Source: Balanoglossus misakiensis
Lineage: Eukaryota > Animalia > Hemichordata
Length of the DNA stretch: 64,000 nt
Assembly: GCA_040954595.2 (NCBI GenBank)
Contig: CM082598.2
Location: forward strand, 8,199,097 to 8,263,096
Direction of reading: 5' to 3'
This document shows positions 14,697 through 24,898 of the stretch, piece by piece. The notes beneath the pieces are model-generated. The model had not been told where the DNA came from and ran no database searches. It worked only from the letters and a program-made list of their open reading frames with translations. How positions within the stretch are numbered: the first letter of the stretch is position 1; each line of letters opens with the position of its first letter. Position numbers and translations under genes: made by a program.

Positions 14697-16521
14697 TTAA
14701 CAACAAAATCTTGAAAAGTCTAACACTTTCAGACGTTCATAAAAGTAACAAAAACATGCGTGTTATGATGTTTATAATAACTCAGAATTTCCTTCAATAC
14801 AAAAATGGCTAAATCAGTACTATGTTCTGGTTAAAAACCAAATTGATGATTCGTAGAAGAGAGACAATCCATAAAGTTTAGAGGCCGTTGTTGCAAATGC
14901 ATTGCCATCAGAAAAATACACATTTTTGTATAACTGCAAGATCTCGCACAGCTGTGAAATTCTAAGGAAATTCATTCATTGGATAAAATTTGTGTTTTAT
15001 GGATTGTTAAACAATCTTAGTCATGAAACCTAAATGGTTACCTCAGCAAAACTATGGCAAGCCAAGTGTTGCAAATTTCAATACAACCATTTTTGTGTTC
15101 ATGAAGACCATTTTTGTGTTCAATAAAACCATGTTTATGTTGATACACTTTTTCAACACTAGATGGCGCTCTGCAATATTTCAAGCATACACCTTTTTGA
15201 CTCTAGCTGGCGCTCTGCAATATTTCAAGCAGACGATGCTGAGTGGGATTTGCCTTTGGATTCAGATACGGTTTTATTGATGAAAAATGTCACACATTTT
15301 ATTTAGAGGTTGATCAATTGCATTCGTCTTTAAGCAGGAAACATTTGTTTTGTAGCCAAAATTGAGAGTTGTCCGAAAATGGATAAGGCATTTGAGTCAA
15401 AATTCAGGATCGTTTGTAGTGGCTAGAGTAAAAATGCTGGTTTATAGAAATTGTTGTCAAGGGGAGTTGTTGGGCTACATAAGTGCAGCAAAGTGGGTTA
15501 CTGTGCCAAACCACTCTACTAAGCCAATTTCCTGGTGCAATTGATATATTATTTATACAAGCCTGTGCTTATGGCCACATGCATCTCTGACTACAGCAGA
15601 GCCTGTGCTTAGGGACCGCATAGTTTTTAGGCGGGGGGGGGGGGGGGGGGTCAGCAAAATCCTAGCGGGGTCACATAAATTTTGACATCCAAAAGGGTGG
15701 GGGGTCATGTTTTTTTTAAACGTTTGGGGGGTCACATGCTTTTGCCCCCTTTGGTTTTGAGTCCACAAAAATACAGTTTTGAGCCCTTTATTTTACAGAT
15801 TTTTCTATACCCTCTTCCTTCATTCTCCACCACATTTCATTTTTTAGCTGGGTTATCTAGCGTACCAGGGCAGAGTACTTGCCACCGCACCCCCACGGAT
15901 TCTAACATTGAGTTGATTTGTTTTTGAGTTCCTTAAAATGCAACTTTGAGCTCCGTATTGTACACCCCTTCCCACACCCACTCCTTCACTTCTTTTGTTT
16001 TACCAATTCCAGCAACCATTGTATTGATTTATCATTTTAATTTATTCTTAGATTTCCTTATGGCAACACTAATGTACTGGAGAGGGTGGAGGATTTGTAT
16101 ATCATGTGTATATCACTCTAAAAACAAAATTTAAATTTGTCGCATGAATGCCAGCAAAAAGCAAATTGAATATTTAAGCCCTTGTGTAGAGTCAATTTAA
16201 ATGACAAAAATGGTCAGACAATAAGAATGAGATTTACCATCTTTTGTGACAATCTGTGTTTGAACATATTTTTCTCAAGTCATCAATATTGCAGAAATTG
16301 TTTTCCTCTATACCATCTGCCAGCATTTTTCTCTCCAAAAGTCCCCTATCCCCATCATTGCATGGGGCTATGGGGCTAAACATGTACATGTATTAATAAT
16401 AGATAAAATTCAGACCATGCTTCTGTACAGAGGGTTATTTATAATTACAGTTTTCATGTTTTTGCTACATTTTATGTATGTGTACCTCTGTAATTACTCA
16501 GCATTCTTAGTAATATTATGA

Positions 16522-16674
16522 GGTTATCGCCCCATATCACCTCTTGTTGGGCCATATTTGCCGCGAGTGTGGGTTGTGAGCTGCATCACACTCGTCTTCG
16601 ACTCGTGTGATGCAGCTCACAACCAACACGAGCGGCAAATATGACCCAACAAGAGGTGATATGGGGCGATAACC
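16522..16674. repeat. ~150-nt near-perfect hairpin
   Basis: GGTTATCGCCCCATATCACCTCTTGTTGGG...CCCAACAAGAGGTGATATGGGGCGATAACC with apex CAC-TC-GTC-TTC-GAC-TC-GTG. Confidence 0.95.
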
Positions 16675-17140
16675 GATTTATCATATGCTCAAACTTCGGA
16701 ATTTACAAGAAAAATGAAAAAAAAAGCGAGAACACTTTAATTTTAATGAATTATTTTATTCCGCTTAGCGCATTGATATTTTATTAACATTGTAAATCGG
16801 CTTCATTCATGACTGATGATGTTGACATGACGCGCCATTTTTAAGTGTAGCGTAGCGGTGATATAAAAATATGAGGATAACTGTAAAGATGTTAAATAAC
16901 GGTAGGAAACGACAACATCGGTAAGTCAAAGATGTTTTTAAATAGTAAATTGTTAAAGGAGGTCAACCGCTCTCTATCATGCAAAACAACAAAACGTTTG
17001 AAAATTGAATCGAACACATTTTTTTGGGGGTGCAACAACAAGTGAACGTCATGAATTTAAAATCGGTTTGAAATCAGTTAAATTGCAAATAAAGCCAGAG
17101 GCTATTCATTTCAAAGTTCAAAAAGAGTCTCAAAGTCTGA

Positions 17141-18565
17141 TCATTCCTGGGAATTTTCTGATGAGGACGGAGAGTCATAAATGACTGCACGGCGGCGGCG
17201 TTTGTACGGTTGTGGGGGCTGTGTCATAGATGATGATCCCGTCGACGTCGCGTTTGAAACATAGATATTAAACGAGCCGCCATATATAACTGCGTCGCTA
17301 AATATACCGCCCGTTGTCGCCGCTTCCATCTGACACGTGTTTGAACTGACGGAACCAGAAATTGCCCGATTTTCGACTTGTTTGGATGAACCTGGAGCGA
17401 GGATGTTTGACATCTCTTCCTGCTGCCTGAGCGAGGCGGTGTCGTAGTTGTTGACCGACTGCAGCTGACTGTGGCCCGATAACTGTTGTACTTGGGTCGG
17501 TGGAATGCCTGCATGCAGCAATTTCGTGATGGCTGTTTTTCTCATGCTGTGATTGGTTTTTTTCCCTCTGATGCCTGCTTTATCGCTCATACTTTGGATG
17601 ACCGTTGCCAACTTATTCTTTCCCATAGGAGATTTCTTAAACCATATGGCTGATGAGGGCGAATAATTGATTGCCAAGTAGAATGGGCTGTCTGGGGTAT
17701 TCATCTCAACGGGGCGACGATTAGCGAACTCCTTGTATGTGGCTATGGGACATGTGTCTGGCTTCTCGGGAGTTGCGAAGATTTTGGGGTTGAAGGGTCG
17801 TGGTTTTGCACCAGCCTGTCCAAATCTGGTCTTAGTCTCCCTTTCATTGAATTCGATATATTCTTTGTGGTCGGCCGTCTTTTTGAGCTTGATATCCCCC
17901 CATTTCAATTCCCGGTTTTCTTGGCCACCGCGAAAGCCCAACATCTTGGTGTTGTTCATCCAAACTGCGTTGAACAACGCTTCGGGAGTCGATCGACCGA
18001 CAAATCCTCGTTCAATTAAAAGTTGTTCTTCTTCATCTGTAAGCACTTCGGCAGCTTGTGGCTTATTTCCCCGTCCCTGTTTTTTTAGTTCAACTCTTTT
18101 TGCTGAGAGGCATTTTCGGGAGCGTTGGAATTCATTGTCGCGGATGATGGAGACCGGGTAACCGTTGTCCTGCAGATAACGCTCGATTCCCCGCTGATAG
18201 CTCGTCAAAGTATCGGGTTCATACTGCTCACCATTTTTCTGCCTGGCTCCAACAAAATACGCAGCAAGGTGGCTATCCAGATCTTGGGGTGGCATATCAA
18301 CTATACGACGAGTTTCTGTTGGGCGCATACTCGACAACCATTCCTGAAACTGCTTCACTGCCGTGTTCGTACTCCTTACGGTATTCTTCTTTTTTTGCTG
18401 GTCCACAAAGTCGTCCAAATCGCCATCATTAAATTCCACATACCGATTTTGATTTTGCTGTTGTTGCTGATTTTGTTCGGGTACAGCAGTATCAGTTTCA
18501 TCTTGACACAATAACTCAGCAAGTTGGAAAATTTCCTGCATCTCCGGGTCATTGAATGCTTCCAT
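17141..18565 (-). CDS. Tyrosine recombinase of the Crypton/DUF3504 (ZMYM/KCTD1/QRICH1-related) family, 474 aa, intronless
   Basis: Catalytic-type motifs are all present: GFRGGQE (R), ETKT (K), TNHSMR (HxxR), SGH and VNNY (Y). The N-terminal region has KNTVRST and YEPDTL motifs typical of the family. Confidence 0.9.
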   Translation of the reverse strand: MEAFNDPEMQEIFQLAELLCQDETDTAVPEQNQQQQQNQNRYVEFNDGDLDDFVDQQKKKNTVRSTNTAVKQFQEWLSSMRPTETRRIVDMPPQDLDSHLAAYFVGARQKNGEQYEPDTLTSYQRGIERYLQDNGYPVSIIRDNEFQRSRKCLSAKRVELKKQGRGNKPQAAEVLTDEEEQLLIERGFVGRSTPEALFNAVWMNNTKMLGFRGGQENRELKWGDIKLKKTADHKEYIEFNERETKTRFGQAGAKPRPFNPKIFATPEKPDTCPIATYKEFANRRPVEMNTPDSPFYLAINYSPSSAIWFKKSPMGKNKLATVIQSMSDKAGIRGKKTNHSMRKTAITKLLHAGIPPTQVQQLSGHSQLQSVNNYDTASLRQQEEMSNILAPGSSKQVENRAISGSVSSNTCQMEAATTGGIFSDAVIYGGSFNIYVSNATSTGSSSMTQPPQPYKRRRRAVIYDSPSSSENSQE

Positions 18566-19073
18566 TGCGATGTCTATTTAGGAAGTGAGTAAATTTTGCC
18601 GTAGGCATCCACTTTTTATTGACCGGGTTTTCATTTTAGTGTTGAATTGTTTTTAAAACGTAACCATAAAAAATGTAGTTGTTTATTTTACTGAAAACTA
18701 CAAAAAAAAGTCTGAAGAAGGTATAATTGTGAAAATTTTCGGGTTATCTTTATTTGGTAAACGACCGTAATGAACGTAAACAGACCGGTCACCTGGACAA
18801 CTGCTCGCGCGCGTGACGCACAGTGTTGACGTGACGTTGTCATATTTTTTCTACGTGTGTAACTAATAATCGTTTGTTTTCCAAATCAATCACCAAGATA
18901 AATCCTTTATTTATAAGACATGTCCGTGGCCATCAGAACCCCATGAATTTCGATGTTGACTACCGGTATGTCAAATCTCATGAAACCGGGCCCTGTAACG
19001 GGTTATGTTTGTTTACATTTTAAGGTCGCCATTTTCATGAACATAGTTCCGGGTATAAGCGCAAGAAATGATG

Positions 19074-19117
19074 ACGTTTAGTGTGAAATATCACCGGTGA
19101 TATTTCACACTAAACGT
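19074..19117. repeat. Perfect 44-bp palindrome
   Basis: ACGTTTAGTGTGAAATATCACC|GGTGATATTTCACACTAAACGT. Confidence 0.95.
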
Positions 19118-21269
19118 GGTGATATTCACGTTAAATGTCACTAGGAGGAGGTGATATCACCATGAGCATATGATAAGTACCCTTATATTGTCCACTTTGC
19201 CAACGCCTAGCCATGTCACTGATACAACAAAGCCCTAGACCCATTGCTTGGAAGTGTGATCTAACTGGTATCCCCTTGAAGTCAATCTCAAATTTTGTTT
19301 ATCCGTTGAGTGGACACAGAATATACATGGTTAACTTTAAGAAAGGATTGGTAACATTTCAAATCATAAGCCCTGTTTTCTTTATGATACAGACACAGTC
19401 CTCAGGATGTTGGGGTCCATGTGACCCCTTCCTAAAGGGGCCCCGCCACCACTATGCATTATAGGCAAAGGGCATTGCAGAGCGCCATCTTGTGACAAAT
19501 GGTGTTCATGAACATAAAAATGTACTATTCGTTTTTGACACAAACATGTTTTTTATGAACACAAACATGTTTTTTATGAACACACAAATGGTTTTATTGA
19601 ATTTTGCAACACTTGGCTTGCCATATAAAACTGTGTTAAATTTCGTCATCAATTGCTTGAAATCACACAGGACATCCCCAGAGCTAAGTTACCCATGCAG
19701 AAGTCAGTTGCATCTCAGCTTGCAAATTGGGACTAATTCATGTCTTCATTGGGACTGTCTGCAGTCTCGTTCACAGTCCTTTGTGCTCATTTGTGAACTT
19801 ATAAATGTTCTTTCCTTTGAATTAATATGGGCCACTAGAACAATTTCAGCTTATTTGCCAATAGAGAGGTTTAGTTACACTTACACGTAAATATGCGTAC
19901 GTCTGATGGCAGCAGTGGCATTCGCATAGGTGTAACAACGCGTGAATTTTGCAGTTTAGTTGTCCGTTTTGAATATTAATAGAAAATTCAAATTTTTTTC
20001 ACTTAAAATTTTGTGTGTTATGAATATTCTCTAAGATCACCACCCTTGCAATAGGTTTCTTGACTGCAGTGGAAATATAGTTTAGTAAAGTTTTCTGATG
20101 TCTTAATCGAGGCGTCCACTAAAAACTTATCATGGGAATGAATTTTGTGTTCATGTTTTTAAAACACCAAATACTGCCGGTTTTAGCACATATGGCAGAA
20201 ATCTTTCAGATTACATGGATGCTGGCTACATCACAATTGCACTTTCAGAGATCAATCCCTCAAATTAGAGAAAGCAATCGTGACAGGTTACGTTGTTTGA
20301 AAAAAAAAACGTTGACACGTCAATGCACCCCGCGGCGGACGCCACATGAATTTTTTTCAGATCTGGCTTTTTCAACGTGTTTGTTTGGCGTTCATGATTT
20401 AGTATATATCCATGTTCTTGTTCCGCTATTTCCCATTCCGAAAATCCCAAAGTTTTAAACGTGTACACTTTGACTAGAAAAGGCCTCAGACACCTTCATA
20501 TGCTGTCCGGCAGCCGGGGTGGGATATCTGACTGCAGTGCAGCTCAAAGTGGCGTGGAGCTGGTCATGTTTGGAGCGGTGCGGGAGGAACCCAGTCCGTT
20601 CAAGCGCAAATGTCCCGGTCAGAAGGTAACTACGAGCTTCGTAGAGCAGCGTTCGACACGCTAAACAACTCTCGTCGTCCGTGTTCAAGTCAGTCTCCTA
20701 CCCCTTTCTGTTCACGTCTCTCTCTCAACACGCACGTACTTCAACTGCGCAATTGGGATGGGAGGATGCCTCTTTGTCTAGTACATTGTGACGTTGTTAC
20801 AATTTTAGAGATAACGCGTTGCTGGCATGAAAGAAATACGATGTTGCCAGTTTGCCGTTTGTTGCTGGTAAAAAGAATTCCGTAGTAATCACTTGCCAGT
20901 ATTTATTTTACCTACCTGTAGCAAGGAATCGCAATGTAACAGCAATGGCCAAGAGATATTGACCCTTTATTGCAAAGTTAACAATGTGTAAAGATGATGA
21001 AAAATTCCTCGCCAGTTGCCTGCCTCAATAACACAGCAAAAACCTCAACAAGGTAGGTAAAGGTCAAAGGTCAACTGGCGAGGAAAATTAACATAACACT
21101 AAACACTGTAAAATAGGTACATAAAGAATCTCCCACAAAGGTGTGGGCCTAAAAACACCATAAGCCACACCCTGGTGTGGCCGCCCCACCCAAAATGACC
21201 AGACCACCCCAGGGAAGGACCCTAAAAACACCATCCCCTACTCTTGATAGCCATAAGCCTAAAAATTGG

Positions 21270-22193
21270 TTACCAAGATGCTGGTTGCCTAATGTACCCC
21301 TTAAAAGCATCTGACCTCCACCTGCCTTAGGCGCGTATCTGTGCATCAGACAAACCTTCTTTAGCAGCTTGAGAGGCTGCTCCTATCCTAAAGCTATGTC
21401 CTTTGAACCTGTCTTCCTCAAAGCCGCAAAAAGTGAGCGAACGCCTAAGCTGTGCCGTGAAATCTCCCCGTCCTATGCCTAACGGCCCTGGCATGCAGAA
21501 AAGAGGGCCAGGCTCACTCCCCCTCAAACGACTAAATTCCCACAATGCTTGAACCGGACACAAGTCAGACCTAAGAACCTTCTGAAATTTGATAACAAAC
21601 ACATCACCCGGTTTACTGTGCTTAAAATTGAATAAGGACACAGTTGCTGACTGTGGCAAACCTGCGCTAACCTGAAACTCCAACTGGTGGAAAAGAATGG
21701 CTTTTCCAACATCAAACCTATTCCTAACAGTGATTTCCCCAATCCTGAGGAACCCATAGAAGGCTGATAAGAACAAAGCCTTAAAAAGAGAACGCTGTTA
21801 AACAGATGTGACCACATTTGGAATGGCCTTAATCAGATGAAGTAGGATATCCCTAGTGATAGGGAGACGATCATCTCGTTGATGCACCAGCTTACGGTAT
21901 GACTGGACCAATTTGTGAACCAAAAAGGACTTAGTAGGGTCCTGCAAGCCTGCAAGTTTATGAACGTAGCTAATAGCTGACAAATAGGTAGAAACAGTGG
22001 ATGGGGCAAGGTGTTGCCTAGAGAGGTGACCAATAAACAATGCGATCGAGGATTCTGACAGCGGCAGAGATGGACAATGCACCCCTAACTGGCTACCCAT
22101 GAACTGGGTAAGAACTCTCCAAGCACGCTGATAGGTTGACCTGGAAGAACTGTGAAGAGCCTGCTGCAGAAGTCTGCCTACTTCCATGTCCAA
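21270..22193 (-). pseudogene. DIRS/Ngaro-type tyrosine recombinase with two in-frame stops (21798 and 21327)
   Basis: FYGFLRIGE and GHSFRIGAAS motifs. Read-through of the second stop gives GRWRSDAFKGYIR. Both ORF pieces are in the same frame. Confidence 0.88.
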
Positions 22194-23035
22194 TGTATAG
22201 GTAGCAACTGAGACGGCACTGGAGTCGGATAGGTATCCATGCCCCGAGATGCAGACTTGAACTGGCCTACCTGCAAGCGGGAAAGATAGTCTGCTAAAAT
22301 GTTATGCTTACCAGGAATATGTTTAGCTCGAAAAAGAATGTTGTACTGAAGGCTAGTGAGCACAATCCGTCGACCCAAAATCATAAGGTCCCTGTCCTTC
22401 GCTGTTTGTTTTTTCAAGACTGACACCAAGGCCTCATTATCAGTGTAGAACATCACACGTTTGTTACATAGCTTATGTCCCCAAACCTCTAACGCCAGCA
22501 TGATAGGGAATAACTCCAGGACTGCGATATTTAGTGCATGCCAACTAGTAGGCCACTCTCCAAAGAACCAGTGAGAACCAAAAATGCCACCATACCCAAG
22601 AGACCCAGCTGCATCTGTGAACAAACGAAATGATTCGGATGAATGCCACCGATCCTCCATAAAAAACGACTTCCCGTTGTAATGGTCTAGGAACTGTTTC
22701 CACACTAGGAGGTCTGTTTTAACCTCTCTGGTCAGATGTAAAAAGAAGTGCGACTTCTCGACCCCTTTCGTTAAATCGATCAACCTACGTAAAAATGCCC
22801 GTCCTGGGAGCACCACCAAACAAGCAAAATTTAAGGTCCCAACCAATGACTGAATTTCCTGTAGCCTAACCTTTCTTCTAGACAAAAAGGAATTGATCAA
22901 GTTGCGGCACCGAAACAATTTATCCTCTGGGAGCCTAGATTCTCCTAATACAGTGTCTAATTCGATACCTGCAAAAACCAAAATGGAAAAGGCTGTTCCT
23001 AGTATTGACTCCCCACCCCCTATAGGAAACTGCAA
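22178..23035 (-). pseudogene. DIRS/Ngaro RT C-terminus plus RNase H, 5'-truncated
   Basis: FAGIELDT, LVGTLNFA, FTDAAG, LELFPI, YTDN and HIPGKHNILADYLSR motifs. It overlaps the YR ORF as in DIRS-group elements, and the RT catalytic core is absent. Confidence 0.88.
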
Positions 23036-23119
23036 ATATTGTCAAGGCGGGAAAAATGAAGTTGCTCTTCCATTAAGTGTCTCCCCCCGGAGACTAAAGT
23101 GCTGTAAAGCTCCCTGTCG

Positions 23120-23667
23120 GGTAATATAAAACTGTAAAACTTGATCACTTAGAAGCATGTCTATTATAATCGTGCTTATATCATGCTACCGTCCGCGAGT
23201 GGTAAAACGGGCCCCTGAACTAGCATGCAGCAGGGAAAATGTGCGGTTATACCACAGTCGCGCGGGATTAAACTAAATGAATAACATAAAAACACTTGAA
23301 TTTACGGATGTTTTATTTTGGAACTGCTCTGCTCTGAATATTTTGCACTTTTGTCACTTTTTGGCGTCTGCTTTATGTTTAATGCTCGATCCCGGGCCGC
23401 ACGTGTTTACATTCACCGTCGCCATGTTGGTTCACGATCGTAATTTCTCTTTCTGACGCCGTTTCGGTAAGAAAATGACACTGATTTGCCACAAAAAACA
23501 ACTGTTAATATAATATAATAGCAATAACCCCCGCCTCAGTAGGGTATACACTCGATTTAGGTACAATTCGCTCCATATAGCACTCGCCTAACGGCTCGTG
23601 CTATATGTCTCGAATTGTACCAAAATGTCGTGTATACCCGCCTGCGGCGGGGGTTATTGCTTAAATA
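23120..23667. mobile_element. Second non-autonomous hairpin element, related to 13914-14200
   Basis: Hairpin at 23518-23663 ends TTATTGCTTAAATA, with apex CAC-TC-GCC-TAAC-GGC-TC-GTG. It shares the internal TATACCACAGTC with the 14-kb copy. The left boundary is uncertain. Confidence 0.6.
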
Positions 23668-24898
23668 ACGCTTCTTCATCCTCTGATGCACTGGAATCTG
23701 TCAATTCCATTACAGAACTGAAAAGGGAAAGTGCATAATGGCTTTATTTTAACAGCCAATTTTGATTCTCTGCTTACATATACCTCAGTATAGCCGTATG
23801 AAGTGTTTCATCCAGAAAGGGAAACGTCTATCGATATTAACACTCTGTTTACCATGTTGGTGCGTGAAATGACGTTAGCGAGCTTGAACGCAGCGTTCAC
23901 AACAAAACATCAGCTGATCATGTAAACAGCCCACAGCCGACTTGTAAATATAGGTAAACTGTAGCGAAAGTGTAATGATTTTGTAAACCAATAAACTTTG
24001 CTATTTTGCTTTCAGTGTAGATAAAATGTCAAAAGGGCCATCCATTGTACTATGCAGGCAATGCAACACACGCCGCGACATGGGAGGTCCTAGTGTAGAT
24101 CACAAACTCGTTTGCAGTTCACGGTCCTTCGACTCGTACGTGGTCAGTCAGGCAGATTATTTTTGACTTGCCCAGACGAAAAATTATACTTGCCATGGGC
24201 GTCAGACAATAGGAAATAACGAGACCTGGAAATTTTTCCATAAGAAAAAAAAAGTAGTCGTCCGTGAAGAAAGTGCATTGTACTATGCATATTTACTTAC
24301 CACAACGAGTGATGTCATCAATGGCGCAAGACCTGTAATTCATTTCCCATAGACGACAAAGGTAGCGTTGAGCTAAATATTCCTATTTTATAACGTTCAG
24401 CGAGCTGAATCCCATTAACTGCAGTCAGAACATGGTCTGTTTGTGCACAGGCTAAATTTTCGTGCAGGCAAGTCCATGGATTTTTTTCGGGGGAGGTCAA
24501 AATAGCGCCCCCAGTGGTAATTTTGAAAAAAATTATGCCAAAGTGCACAGTCGCCTCATCTTGCATTACTCCGCTGTGTACAACAACATTACACCACATT
24601 CTCTCACACCAGTGGGAATTTTGAATGCATCTCAAAATGCTCTCTCCAAAAATGCTACATATCCATGGTAAATCCTATTGAGCATCAATTCAGGTCTCAA
24701 AATATTAGGCAATGCACTACTTTTTTTACGGACTATCTTCGAGGGTAACGAACCAGGAAGTGAATTACAGGTCTTGTGCCAATATAGGGAAGTCAAAATT
24801 AACAAAAATGCTAAATTTTACTACCAGTGAAAAGACAGATTGTCCCAATAAATAATGTTAAAATATAAAAGTCCCTCGCCAAGTACTTCTGCTGATGG

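Larger units (their letters stand above)
16511..19176 (-). mobile_element. Crypton-type tyrosine-recombinase DNA element with terminal long hairpin and 13-bp inverted repeats
   Basis: Hairpin at 16522-16674, IRs TTATCATATGCTC (16678-16690) and GAGCATATGATAA (19164-19176), putative TAA direct repeat at both ends, and an intact YR ORF inside. Confidence 0.75.
15053..19625. mobile_element. IS3EU-like non-autonomous DNA transposon (TATGG...CCATA ends, 6-bp TSD) hosting a nested YR element
   Basis: TATGGCAAGCCAAGTGTTGCAAA at 15053 pairs with TTTGCAACACTTGGCTTGCCATA ending at 19625. Flanks are CAAAAC and TAAAAC, and the subterminal AGATGGCGCTCTGCAAT is also inverted. Confidence 0.75.

Noticed and set aside
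17733-18514. Plus-strand ORFs of 142 and 129 aa
   Set aside because: They are antisense shadows of the recombinase ORF.
17141-18565. Host ZMYM/KCTD1/QRICH1 gene or bacterial integrase contamination
   Set aside because: The ORF is intronless, keeps the catalytic residues, lacks MYM and BTB domains, and is bounded by element-like ends within animal repeats.
20455-20885. GC-richer short ORFs
   Set aside because: No recognisable motif or consistent splice structure.
24254-24736. Possible MITE with TAGTC..CGT..AAAGTGCATTG ends
   Set aside because: The inverted match is gapped and no TSD was found.
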